Assembly (NCBI GenBank): GCA_045120395.1
Contig: JBGVET010000026.1
Span: 5,691-69,690, forward strand
DNA: 64,000 bases
Origin: Candidatus Limimorpha sp.
Lineage (GTDB): Bacteria; Bacteroidota; Bacteroidia; Bacteroidales; F082
Direction of reading: 5' to 3'
Every line of letters starts with the position of its first letter. Position 1 is the first letter of the stretch. The translations under genes and the position numbers were made by a program. The notes below the pieces were generated by a model that searched no databases, had not been told where the DNA came from, and was given only the letters and a program-made list of their open reading frames with translations. Shown here one piece after another: positions 1-9,927 of the stretch.

Positions 1-9
1 ACAATTACA

Positions 10-240
10 ATGACTGATGAATATCAAGATGAAAACAATATTATAACTAAAATTCAACAAGTGTTTTCTCCCGAATGGAAAATTGTTTTTGATAGAGATA
101 CTAATCAAAAAATAGCATTTAACAAGGAAGAAGTTATTAAAGTTAATAGTATAGGTTATGGCAAAATATTTGACCAAATTGTTTTTTATAAAAAAGGCTA
201 TGAAGAATTTTTAAATGAATATAATAATGTTATTTTATAA
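10..240 (+). CDS. hypothetical small protein (76 aa; frame open to base 1, may be the 3' part of a longer gene)
   Basis: ORF followed by hairpin+T-run terminators (266-290 weak, 357-388); no recognisable motif. Confidence 0.3.
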   Translation: MTDEYQDENNIITKIQQVFSPEWKIVFDRDTNQKIAFNKEEVIKVNSIGYGKIFDQIVFYKKGYEEFLNEYNNVIL

Positions 241-356
241 GGTAGTATATATATTGATTATATAGCTGTATCATTTTCTATACAGTTTTTGTATAATATT
301 TTTAATTTATATTTTTGTATTGTAGATTATTATATGTCATTTAACGAATGATTTCA

Positions 357-388
357 AGTCGGAAAAACATTTTATTCCGACTTTTTTA
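357..388 (+). terminator. rho-independent terminator
   Basis: AGTCGGAA (357-364) / TTCCGACT (375-382) stem followed by T-run. Confidence 0.5.
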
Positions 389-836
389 TTTAAATTTTAT
401 GACTTAAACATCTCCAAGTTATAGAGGACATAAGCACACGCTTAATGAATGTAACGGTGTGAATACCCTTCTTCCCCAATACTTTGCCGATATTTCAGCA
501 AAAGTTCATTAGGTCGATACTTTTTAGGGCAAAATCAACCGTTACTGGCTATACATCTCTGCCGCTCAAACTATATTATGTGATATACCAACAAAGTCGG
601 TCAAGGTCCTACTCTCTAAAACATGTGACCATAGTCTGCTGATATAGTCGAGCATACGATCCAACTTCGCTTATGATGTACACTCTTGCTCTGTAATGGC
701 GTTGGCACTCATAACTTCATACTCCGATGGTAAGGTTTCTTTCTCTTGCTTACACATTTTTTGTGAAAATAGTTTGTTGTTTTATTGCAATGATAAAATT
801 TGTTATACTTTTGTGCTTCAATAAAGATATCACTGT

Positions 837-1811
837 ATGAAAAGACCGAATTACAAATTATATTTTAGATTAAAACATATAGAGTTTATCGGGATTGTAC
901 TATTATTGATTTTATCAATTGTGGGATTATTGTTTGTTTGGGATACCACATATCCTTTCTTTAAATATACGTCTTTATTTAACTATATTGTATGTTTCAT
1001 ATTCTTTATACTATCTTTAATTGGACTTGTTTTTGTCGCAAGAAAATTTAAGTTGGAAAATTTTCAACAAGCATCTAAAACAAGTAAATTGAAATCCAGT
1101 TTTGCTGTTTTATTCTATAGCTTAGTAGCAATTATATCTATTGAATATGTTTTTTATTTGAAGAATATTGATAAAGTTGCAATAGACAAGGATATTCTAG
1201 AGTATTATATACAAGATGATCTTGATAATATAAACAATCATATTAATATAAACGAACAGTATGAATCCATATATGCTAAAATTTCACAAAACATTTGCGA
1301 TACCATATCATATTTGTGTTATTATGAAAATGAGGCATATTTCCTAGTAATAAACAATGATACAATAAAAATAAGATTGCACAGAAAGGCTGGTTCAACA
1401 CCACCAATGCACAAAAAACAACAAAGTAAAGAACTTGATTTCTATGGAGTCAATGAATGCGGAATCTCATTAAAAAACGAAAGTTATAATTTATCTCATC
1501 CTGCAAGTCACAATTTGATAACTGATATCATAAGTTGTGATAGTGTCTCGGGTAAAAATATTAAGACATTAATAGAACAGAAGATTCAATATTATAAAAA
1601 TCGTAAAAAATCCTTATGCCAAATTTTAGAGAAAGATAGCCATGTTTCTTTTGGGGATTTTTTAATTATTTGTTTATTAGACCAAGGTATCATAGATAGT
1701 AAGGCAAATATAGTCATTAGGCTATTGTTAGTAATACAAGCAATTGTTATAACATTTGTATCTGGATATATGTACCAAATCATATATAAAATATTAGACG
1801 GTGAAGACTAA
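837..1811 (+). CDS. hypothetical membrane protein (324 aa)
   Basis: Three hydrophobic helices in first ~110 aa and one near the C-terminus; AT-rich; no known motif. Confidence 0.5.
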   Translation: MKRPNYKLYFRLKHIEFIGIVLLLILSIVGLLFVWDTTYPFFKYTSLFNYIVCFIFFILSLIGLVFVARKFKLENFQQASKTSKLKSSFAVLFYSLVAIISIEYVFYLKNIDKVAIDKDILEYYIQDDLDNINNHININEQYESIYAKISQNICDTISYLCYYENEAYFLVINNDTIKIRLHRKAGSTPPMHKKQQSKELDFYGVNECGISLKNESYNLSHPASHNLITDIISCDSVSGKNIKTLIEQKIQYYKNRKKSLCQILEKDSHVSFGDFLIICLLDQGIIDSKANIVIRLLLVIQAIVITFVSGYMYQIIYKILDGED

Positions 1812-2056
1812 TTGATGATTTTGCGAAGCCATTTGTCTTGTCCTTATGAGTTCGTTTTTTTCTAACCAAGTGAGCGATGGGAGAACACATATTCCTCTGC
1901 GCTAGGGATGGAAGTGACACTTTGTATTAAGAAGAAATACCTCCACGTATCTCGATGATTTGCACGTATCTTTGAGGTCTATAGTTTCAGCAAGTTTAAT
2001 TTCGCTTAATTTGTTGAATTATAATTTATTACAATATATTTAAGAGATTTATTTTG

Positions 2057-2092
2057 GTCGGAATAATTGCATATTCCGACTTGTTTTTTTTA
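2057..2092 (+). terminator. rho-independent terminator-like hairpin
   Basis: 9-bp perfect stem GTCGGAATA (2057-2065) / TATTCCGAC (2072-2080) then TTGTTTTTTTT. Confidence 0.45.
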
Positions 2093-2378
2093 TTAAGACT
2101 TATAAGTCTGATATGACTAATAAATTTAATTGGGCTTAATTCCTCGATTTATCCTATTTTTCCAGATTGGGATTTGGTGGAAAATGCGTTATTTTAAAAG
2201 CATAAATTGTGTGTAGCAGAAGATTTATTCAAACCACAACCAGAGTTATGTCTAAAATTCGTTTTAATGATTTGATGGCAAAGGAAATATGTTTTTGATG
2301 TGATATTTATACCACAAATTCAGATATAAATTATCTGCAATTTTCAAAAAATATTGCCAATTATTTGTTTTTAAAATT

Positions 2379-2445
2379 ATGACATATAAGTATGATATGA
2401 TAATTTTTCTTCTTATAGATTATTATCATGAATATCATATGTCAT
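2379..2445. repeat. imperfect palindrome just upstream of the recombinase gene
   Basis: ATGACATAT...ATGATAAT (2379-2404) mirrored by ATTATCAT...ATATGTCAT (2422-2445); ends match perfectly, centre degenerate. Confidence 0.5.
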
Positions 2446-2488
2446 GTCTTCGCTATAATTGAAAAATATTAAAAACATATTAGACATT

Positions 2489-3685
2489 ATGGCAACAATA
2501 AAAGTAAAACTACGTCCTTCATTGGTGAAAGGGCGTGCTGGAACGATATTTTATCAAATATCACATCGTAGAACTACACAGCAAATAACAACCAGCATAA
2601 AATTGCATCCTCATGAATGGGATCCAGTTAAAGAACGAATTATGATAGATGTGAATAATAGAGTTATCGTTCAGAATCGTATTGACTGTGATACAGCGCT
2701 ATTAAAACACATTGTTAAAGATTTTGAGCATAAAGAAACAAATTATTCCGCCTATGATATTGTTAGACTTTATAAATCTATGGAATGTAATATATCTGTA
2801 TTTGATTTTATGCATACTCAAATACAGTTAATGCGTGATAGCAATCGTTTAGGCACAGCTTTGAACTATGAGAAAACATTGAAAAACTTCACGGAATTTC
2901 TTGGAGGTGTCGATTTACCTATACCTGTAATAAACGAACAACTCATAGCTGAATATAACGCATTTCTCATTAAGCGTGGAATGGTAAGAAATTCCATTTC
3001 ATTCTATATGCGTATAATGCGAGCTGTATATAATAAAGCTGTAAGGCAAAAACTAGTTAATCAAACATATCCATTTGCAGATGTTTATACAGGTATTGAT
3101 AAAACTCGTAAAAGAGCTGTTTCAGAATCTGTAATATCGCAGTTATATAAACTCAATTTAACTGAAAACAGTTCACTTGCACTTGCAAGGGATATATTCA
3201 TTTTTAGTTATTGTACTCGTGGAATGGCTTTCGTAGACATTGCATATTTAAAAAAGGAAAATATCCAAAATGATGTAATTTGCTATACTCGTCGCAAAAC
3301 AGGACAACTTTTAAGTATAAGAATAGAATCAAGCATACGATTGATTATTGACAGATATTCATCCAACCTATCACCTTATGTGTTCCCTATATTGACTTCT
3401 TTGGATATAAAGCAATCATACGAAGAGTATGTAACAGCAATTAACAACTACAATCGTTTGTTAAAAATATTATCAAAGATGTTACCTGATAGTTGTAAAC
3501 TTACCTCATACACTTCAAGGCATAGTTGGGCAACTGCCGCAAGAAATCATAACGTGCCAATTTCTGTTATCAGCGCAGGCATGGGACATTCTACAGAACT
3601 AACCACTCGTATTTATTTAAGTACATTGGAAAACTCAGTAATAGACGATGCTAACAAAGGAATAATCAAGGAATTACTTAAATAG
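2489..3685 (+). CDS. tyrosine site-specific recombinase (integrase/invertase type, IntDOT-like with N-terminal arm-binding domain)
   Basis: ATG at 2489 preferred over TTG 2459; N-term IKVKLRPSLVKGRAGTIFYQISHRR; catalytic region TRGMAFVDIA ... SRHSWATAARNHNVPISVISAGMGHSTELTTRIYL (R..HxxR..H..Y). Confidence 0.9.
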   Translation: MATIKVKLRPSLVKGRAGTIFYQISHRRTTQQITTSIKLHPHEWDPVKERIMIDVNNRVIVQNRIDCDTALLKHIVKDFEHKETNYSAYDIVRLYKSMECNISVFDFMHTQIQLMRDSNRLGTALNYEKTLKNFTEFLGGVDLPIPVINEQLIAEYNAFLIKRGMVRNSISFYMRIMRAVYNKAVRQKLVNQTYPFADVYTGIDKTRKRAVSESVISQLYKLNLTENSSLALARDIFIFSYCTRGMAFVDIAYLKKENIQNDVICYTRRKTGQLLSIRIESSIRLIIDRYSSNLSPYVFPILTSLDIKQSYEEYVTAINNYNRLLKILSKMLPDSCKLTSYTSRHSWATAARNHNVPISVISAGMGHSTELTTRIYLSTLENSVIDDANKGIIKELLK

Positions 3686-3703
3686 TTCCAAGAAAGAACT
3701 ATA
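3682..3703. repeat. left inverted repeat ATAGTTCCAAGAAAGAACTATA (overlaps recombinase stop codon)
   Basis: Exact reverse complement of 3942-3963; internally 7-bp arms ATAGTTC/GAACTAT around 7-nt spacer CAAGAAA. Confidence 0.9.
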
Positions 3704-3941
3704 ACTGAATTGCAAATGTATAAAAATAATAAGTAGTAATAAAGAAATGTAAAATTTTTTTTCTACATAACGACATTCATATAAACCAAATACAAATAGA
3801 ACTATAAATTATAAAGTTACAATATAATTTTGAGAAGAAAAACATCCTTTTATTTATGGTTTAAATCCACTTGAAATAAGTTTTAAAAAAAATCTTGATT
3901 CGTTTTATATAATATTATAAATCATACAATTAAGCAATTGC
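3704..3941. promoter_or_regulatory. candidate invertible promoter segment (inverton)
   Basis: 238 bp AT-rich, bracketed by perfect 22-bp IRs next to a tyrosine recombinase; TAATTTTG (3825-3832, + strand) and TACATTTG (minus strand, 3713-3720) match Bacteroides -7 consensus TAnnTTTG. Confidence 0.55.
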
Positions 3942-3963
3942 TATAGTTCTTTCTTGGAACTAT
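3942..3963. repeat. right inverted repeat TATAGTTCTTTCTTGGAACTAT
   Basis: Exact reverse complement of 3682-3703; 37 nt upstream of operon ATG at 4000. Confidence 0.9.
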
Positions 3964-3999
3964 ATATAATGATTTTTGAAATTTATTTAAACAGATAAA

Positions 4000-4458
4000 A
4001 TGATTGATAGTTTTATAGATACAACAGTTAATATAGAATATGGATTACTTATATCCATTGTTTTAGATGCGATGATATTACTTGTCCTATCATACGTTAA
4101 TAAAGGAAACAAGCTAAATGTCCTATCATATTTTATAGCATTAGCATTACTTATACCTCTTACAATACAAATAAGCCGTTTGATGGGAGCTTATGATCTT
4201 CTTAATACCACATCTGCAATTAATAGTATTGTTGAAGGTATATCACCAGCATTGAGTCAATATATATCAGGTACAGATAGCCACGATATAGAATGGTTTA
4301 TATTTAGACGTATTTTATGGTCTGTAATATTTATAATAATAGCATCTGTATGCATATATGTAACTATGGATAAGAAAAAAATAAGAAATCGTGATATACC
4401 TAACGGAGCTAATATAGGCAGAAGATATAGTTCAAATGTATCAAGAAGACGCAGATAA
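4000..4458 (+). CDS. small integral membrane protein (152 aa), first gene of tubulin-like operon
   Basis: Three to four hydrophobic helices, basic tail RRYSSNVSRRRR; 19 nt before next gene. Confidence 0.6.
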   Translation: MIDSFIDTTVNIEYGLLISIVLDAMILLVLSYVNKGNKLNVLSYFIALALLIPLTIQISRLMGAYDLLNTTSAINSIVEGISPALSQYISGTDSHDIEWFIFRRILWSVIFIIIASVCIYVTMDKKKIRNRDIPNGANIGRRYSSNVSRRRR

Positions 4459-4477
4459 TCATTAAAAAATAAATATT

Positions 4478-7400
4478 ATGGCAACATTAAAAACAAATCA
4501 CATTTTAATAGGTCTTGGTGGCACTGGAGGAAAAATCCTTCGTGCTTTCAAAATGCGAATGTTTGAGGAATTTCCAAACAAGGAAGAACGCGAAAAACAG
4601 CCAATAGCACTTCTCTATGTGGATTCAACAAGAGAAATGATGGGTATTGGAAGAGCGGATATGGATGTAATGGGACAAGACGCTTCATTTGGGGAAAATG
4701 AGTTTTTATATATAAAAGGATGTGACGTGCCAGACCTTCTGGATAACATTGACAATCATCCTGAACTTAAAGGTATTGTCAACAATGTAGGTGCTGTTCG
4801 TACTGCCATTGGAAATCTTGGCGAAGCTGCTGGTCAGAAACGTCGTGCTGGACGTCTTCTTTTTGCAGTTAATGCTCGTAAATACGTTGATGCTTTAAAA
4901 AACTGTTTTTCAAAGTGTAATGAACGTTCTCATAATAATACCAAACAAGTACATATATTTGCAGGTCTATGCGGTGGAACAGGTTCTGGTTCAATTATAG
5001 ATGCTATTGTTCAAGCTAGAAATATATCAGGTTGGGAAAATGCGCAGATAAACGTTTATGCTATGATTCCAGAACAAGATCTTCCTAAGGCTGATATGGA
5101 TAAAGGCAGATATTATGAAAATGGTTATGCCGCACTTAATGAATTGAATGCACTTCAATGTGGACGTTATAATCCATGTGATGTATTGGCAAGTGGTTCT
5201 CCGTTAAATGTATTCAGCGAACGAATCAAAGGTGTTGCAAATGGTATTGCTTTATATAGCAATGTTAATTCAAACGGTAGAATCGTTGATTCATTTGTGG
5301 AATTACCAAAGATAGTAAGTGATTATGTTTATTCTCGCATATTTCTTATAAATCAAGAAGCATCTGAATGTCATGATATTATCAGAGCTTTTAACTTTGA
5401 AAATATGGATGGTGCTGAGTTTGAGTATGATGAATGTGTTATTGCCAATGAAACTATGGCATCACAAGAATTACCAATTGCAAGGACTAAGAAATTATAT
5501 TCATTTGGTCTTAAACGTGTAATTTATCCAGAAATGCGTGTGCTTAAGCACATGACATACACCATTGGTCAAAATGTGCTTTATCAATTTAGATATAACA
5601 ATTGGCGTCCTAATATTGGTTTCATTGACGAAGAAGTTAATATAGACTATCGAGCAGAATATCTTAAAAATGATGTTTTAAATCGTTGGATGCTTGACGA
5701 ATCTCATCTCACATTAGAAGAAGAAATACTTACAGCAAAAGATGGTAACAAACATGAATCGTTTTCAAGAGAATGGCAAAGCAGAGTCAATGACTTTGCC
5801 GATTTCTGCAGTGAATCTGAATGCCCTTTGACAGAAATAAGTCGCCAAATGGATGGAATGTTTGAAGAAAGTTTCCGTAACGAGGGTGTCCGTAATTACT
5901 ATAGTAATAAACTTCGTTCCCTAAATTCTTTTGCTAAAGAAGTACGTTCTAATATAGAGAAAGAATTGTTTAACAAGTGGAGAGATGGACACATTTCTAT
6001 CATGGAACTTAGCCGTATAGGTGAATTGCTTGCCAATTATGTGGCTACTGACATGAAAAAGAAATTAGATGAATCTTTCGAAAACGCCAAAATAAAACTC
6101 GAAGATTCAGACTGCTTGCTTTCACAAATTTTGGATGATTGGACGCATGTAGGATTTATCGGTAAATTTGTGATGAAAAAGAAAAGCGACTACTATGTTG
6201 AATACCAAAATGAATTAGTTAATAATTTAAGTATCAGAACACTTCTTGTTGCATTGGATTTTGCTCATCAATTATCTTCTGAACTACAACGTGAAATTGG
6301 TAAGATGAGTGATGATATTAATTCCTTCAGCAAAATGCTTAATGATACTATTGACGAGACTAATCGCTTAATTACCGCTCAACAAAAAGTCAACAAAGGA
6401 CTTGAAGATATGCGCGGTGCAGTGATTGAAGTTAGTGAAGAAGAGCGTATGATTAAGTACGAAGAGGAATTGCGTTATGATAAAGAAGGTATGGGTAATA
6501 TTTCACGTCAACTTCGTGAAGCTATTCTTCCTGAAACAGAATTTAAAAACTTTGGTGATTTACTAACCCGTATTAATGAAAAGACCATCAAACATGTATT
6601 TGATGTCAGACTATCTGATATTATTCAGGCAAAACACGCTGATTTACCACCGTCATCAACTAAAATACTAGGTTTAAATATTCTTACACAATTACAACAA
6701 AAGTTAGGAAATAATTACCAAAAGATACAGGAATTTGCTCATGAAATTCTCGAACAAAGTGGTGCATATATCAATTTGGATCGTAATCAAATTATATCAA
6801 ACATTCGTAATAACGACCAACCTGATGAGAATAAGAATATCAATCTTCGCGAAGTTCTCATAAGCATACCATCACCTGATGACAATCCTGGATTAAAAGA
6901 ATTTGCCGAAGATTTAAAAAGAGCGTTTGAAAGTCAAGTTGAAAATGGAGTGAAACCTCCAAAAATCTTTATGGAAAGTTCTCGTAAGAATGAATTATCT
7001 ATCATCACTATAAACTACGCATTCCCAATGCGAGCAATTAGTTGGTTGTCTGGTTATAGAAAACGTTATGATAAATATCTTAACACAGGAAATGCCAGTC
7101 AAGATCTAAGTCGTTCTATATTACTTCACAGTGAAGGATTGGGCGATAATCTTCCTGATATTTTTGCAAAAACAGACGCTGAATTACGCAAAATAGATGA
7201 AGAGAACGCAAAGAAACACCCAATGGCTACTGCACCTGTGGGAAATACTGCTTTTCAGGCTCCGATGACAAATATGCCTCCAATGCCTGGCGCAGCTGTT
7301 CCTCCTCCGATGCAACCTGCGGAACCACAAGTACAAATGTTCTTATACATAGGTGGACAACAATATGGTCCTTATGATTTTAAAACATTAAAACAATTTG

Positions 7401-7576
7401 TTGCGACACAACAGTTAACACCTCAAACAATGGTATGGATGCAAGGCATGGCAGCATGGACACCAGCTGGACAAGTACCGGAATTACAAACTTTATTTGC
7501 TCCTACACCACCATCTCCTGGTATGCCTCCGATGCCTCCTACACCTGGTTCGGTACTACCTCCTATGAATATGTAA
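4478..7576 (+). CDS. tubulin/FtsZ-like GTPase (Tubulin_2-type) with long helical region and C-terminal proline-rich/GYF_2-like domain
   Basis: GLGGTGGK near N-terminus; FAGLCGGTGSGSIID resembles tubulin/FtsZ signature GGGTGSG; C-terminus PPMPGAAVPPPMQP, then YIGGQQYGPYDFKTLKQFVATQQLTPQTMVWMQGMAAWTPAGQVPEL (GYF_2-like), then PPSPGMPPMPPTPG. Confidence 0.75.
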   Translation: MATLKTNHILIGLGGTGGKILRAFKMRMFEEFPNKEEREKQPIALLYVDSTREMMGIGRADMDVMGQDASFGENEFLYIKGCDVPDLLDNIDNHPELKGIVNNVGAVRTAIGNLGEAAGQKRRAGRLLFAVNARKYVDALKNCFSKCNERSHNNTKQVHIFAGLCGGTGSGSIIDAIVQARNISGWENAQINVYAMIPEQDLPKADMDKGRYYENGYAALNELNALQCGRYNPCDVLASGSPLNVFSERIKGVANGIALYSNVNSNGRIVDSFVELPKIVSDYVYSRIFLINQEASECHDIIRAFNFENMDGAEFEYDECVIANETMASQELPIARTKKLYSFGLKRVIYPEMRVLKHMTYTIGQNVLYQFRYNNWRPNIGFIDEEVNIDYRAEYLKNDVLNRWMLDESHLTLEEEILTAKDGNKHESFSREWQSRVNDFADFCSESECPLTEISRQMDGMFEESFRNEGVRNYYSNKLRSLNSFAKEVRSNIEKELFNKWRDGHISIMELSRIGELLANYVATDMKKKLDESFENAKIKLEDSDCLLSQILDDWTHVGFIGKFVMKKKSDYYVEYQNELVNNLSIRTLLVALDFAHQLSSELQREIGKMSDDINSFSKMLNDTIDETNRLITAQQKVNKGLEDMRGAVIEVSEEERMIKYEEELRYDKEGMGNISRQLREAILPETEFKNFGDLLTRINEKTIKHVFDVRLSDIIQAKHADLPPSSTKILGLNILTQLQQKLGNNYQKIQEFAHEILEQSGAYINLDRNQIISNIRNNDQPDENKNINLREVLISIPSPDDNPGLKEFAEDLKRAFESQVENGVKPPKIFMESSRKNELSIITINYAFPMRAISWLSGYRKRYDKYLNTGNASQDLSRSILLHSEGLGDNLPDIFAKTDAELRKIDEENAKKHPMATAPVGNTAFQAPMTNMPPMPGAAVPPPMQPAEPQVQMFLYIGGQQYGPYDFKTLKQFVATQQLTPQTMVWMQGMAAWTPAGQVPELQTLFAPTPPSPGMPPMPPTPGSVLPPMNM

Positions 7577-7611
7577 TACGAATAATGAAATAATTATATA
7601 AAATAAAAGAT

Positions 7612-8211
7612 ATGGATAATAGAAATTCAGGACGTATTAAAAAATACGGTGTTTGTTTAAATGACAAATGTTCACAATACAAAGTAGTTCAAGAAATAAT
7701 GCATGGTAATCTTGAATGCCCAGAATGCAAGAAGAAACTTTCTCCTTGCGCTCCTCCAAAGAAGAAAAACAACTCAAAACCTATAGTTGTTGCACTTATA
7801 TCCTTACTGTGTATTGGTGCTATCATAGGAGGCATATTTGTATTTTCAAAAAAGACAGTTACTAATACAGAGCAAACTATAATCGAAAAAAGTATTGTTG
7901 AGAAAGTAGAAACACCTGTTGAACCGGAAAAGATTACTTCAGATGATGGTGTTCTTAATCTAAGTTACGGAACATACACAGGTGCAACTAAAGACGGATA
8001 TCCTCATGGACAAGGTCGTTTGACATACACAAAATCACGTCAAATCAACCGAAATGACATTAAGAATCGTATCGCAAATGAAGGCGATTATGTGATTGGT
8101 GAATTTTTTAATGGATTTGTTGTCTATGGAAAACTTTATGATTCCAATGGCAATCTACTACGTTCACTTAATTTCGGCATTGGTTCAGAAAACAGTTATG
8201 ATTCTAAATAA
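7612..8211 (+). CDS. Zn-ribbon / single-TM / MORN-repeat protein
   Basis: CLNDKC...CPECKKK; TM IVVALISLLCIGAIIGGIFVF; MORN-like YTGATKDGYPHGQGRLTY and GDYVIGEFFNGFVVYGKLY. Confidence 0.6.
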   Translation: MDNRNSGRIKKYGVCLNDKCSQYKVVQEIMHGNLECPECKKKLSPCAPPKKKNNSKPIVVALISLLCIGAIIGGIFVFSKKTVTNTEQTIIEKSIVEKVETPVEPEKITSDDGVLNLSYGTYTGATKDGYPHGQGRLTYTKSRQINRNDIKNRIANEGDYVIGEFFNGFVVYGKLYDSNGNLLRSLNFGIGSENSYDSK

Positions 8212-8233
8212 TTTTTGAACAATCAATTGGTAT

Positions 8234-9217
8234 ATGAGCAAAACAACTTATCATAGAATTCTAATATTGACTTTCGGTTTGTTCTTTTTTTCAAACACAA
8301 GTCATGCTCAAAAATTTTCTCTTTTCTCCAAAGAGGTTAAGAAAGATTATCCATCAGCAGTGTATAATTTTCTTGAAACATACCTTTACAAAATAGATAG
8401 TTTAGAAAGAGCAAATGAAAATATTGATAGGATTCTTCGTGATGATAAGGTGATATTTTTAGAAGGCTCCGCATCCTTGGCTCGTAATATTACACCAGAA
8501 ACATTGTGCAAAATAAAGACAATCGAAAACAAGTATTATGAAGTTTCTTGGCTTGACAATACAAATGAAACAATTTTATCTTTGGCTTTCCCAATGCAAT
8601 ATGAGTTATTGCTTGGCAGACCTAAAGTTGAATTAGAAAAAGAGTTGAAGTTTGTATTGTCGGTTTGTCAAGATTACATTCCTAAAAACGTGTCAAATAT
8701 CGATTTGTTCAATCAGGAAAATGGTGGTATTATGACCACATCAAGCTCAAACTACTATCTGGAAAATTTGAATACAACATCCTATTATATCATGTCGGAA
8801 ACAGGAGATACCATTCCTATTTTTTCTGATAAAGACAATTGGATGTCTGCTGTAAATTTATTCCAAGGATGTATTGATGATATATCCGAATACAAGTTGT
8901 ACATAGAACAAAATATGTATGGTTTTAAAAGTATTCAGTATACCATAACTTTACAACAATGGTTAGCATATTGTCAAAAGATGATGTTGACAACATATTT
9001 TGCTATAGAGGAAGAAAGAGAAGATGGATTTAAAGCCTTGCTTATTGCTGAAAGTCATGAATTAGGGTTTAATCATATGCTGTCATTGATAATTCCTTCA
9101 AACTTTGTTTCTAACAAACGTTCTGTTTTTAAGGCAACAATGAATGCATATATACCAACTCATAATGTAAAAGATTTGTATCAAGTATATGTTAAAAAAA
9201 CAAAGAAACAAATATGA
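8234..9217 (+). CDS. secreted hypothetical protein (signal peptide)
   Basis: N-terminal ILILTFGLFFFSNTSHAQ; operon context; no known motif. Confidence 0.55.
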   Translation: MSKTTYHRILILTFGLFFFSNTSHAQKFSLFSKEVKKDYPSAVYNFLETYLYKIDSLERANENIDRILRDDKVIFLEGSASLARNITPETLCKIKTIENKYYEVSWLDNTNETILSLAFPMQYELLLGRPKVELEKELKFVLSVCQDYIPKNVSNIDLFNQENGGIMTTSSSNYYLENLNTTSYYIMSETGDTIPIFSDKDNWMSAVNLFQGCIDDISEYKLYIEQNMYGFKSIQYTITLQQWLAYCQKMMLTTYFAIEEEREDGFKALLIAESHELGFNHMLSLIIPSNFVSNKRSVFKATMNAYIPTHNVKDLYQVYVKKTKKQI

Positions 9218-9918
9218 TGAGAAAATATATCATTATACTCACGATTTCTCTGATTATAGGGAATGTACACGCACAAAGTGAACAAGATAGAATAAATGAG
9301 ATAAAAAGCGACATTGGATATCTATATGCTACAGGGACGTCTATGAACAATGCAGATGAAGCTGCAAAAAACGCACAAGATTTACTTGCCGTAGAAATAG
9401 AGCAATGGTTAAAAGTAAATGTATCTGGTGATATTGCAGGTTACATAGCAAAGTCTCAGGGTAACTACTCTACAATACAAACAAGGCGTGGCAAGTTGTA
9501 TCGTGCGTTTGCATTTGTAAGCAAGATGGATATATTGCCATACTACCAAAAAGAAGATTTGATGCATGTTGAGTTTACAAATTCAGAAGAACAGCAAACA
9601 GAAAATAGCATAATTGAAGAAATATTATATTATCCAACTTCTGAAGAGCAACAAATGATGAACGTCAAAACTTTTACAGAGCTTAATGAATACATTAACC
9701 GAGGTAGAGAAGATAAAAGCATTATCGATGTCGGAAATTATGCAAATCTGCCACAAAATGGTGTTGTATATGTTTTTATTCATAACAGACAAGGTGAAGT
9801 GCCAGCTTGTATGAAAGTGACAGATGGCTTCGCTATCAATATTGCTACTGGCAAAGAGGATAATATATCAAAATATAAAGGATGCGGGGCGATATGGATT
9901 AAACAAAACAACAAATAA
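9214..9918 (+). CDS. secreted hypothetical protein (possibly LPP20-like)
   Basis: ATGA overlap with upstream gene; signal peptide IIILTISLIIGNVHAQ. Confidence 0.5.
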   Translation: MMRKYIIILTISLIIGNVHAQSEQDRINEIKSDIGYLYATGTSMNNADEAAKNAQDLLAVEIEQWLKVNVSGDIAGYIAKSQGNYSTIQTRRGKLYRAFAFVSKMDILPYYQKEDLMHVEFTNSEEQQTENSIIEEILYYPTSEEQQMMNVKTFTELNEYINRGREDKSIIDVGNYANLPQNGVVYVFIHNRQGEVPACMKVTDGFAINIATGKEDNISKYKGCGAIWIKQNNK

Positions 9919-9927
9919 AAGAAGTAT

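Noticed and set aside
420-780. GC-richer non-coding stretch that looks like a decayed gene on the minus strand (possible transposase remnant); a similar stretch lies at 1812-2000
   Set aside because: There are only short broken frames, none of 60 aa or more. Some peptide fragments vaguely recall IS-family C-termini, but I cannot support any family assignment by eye.
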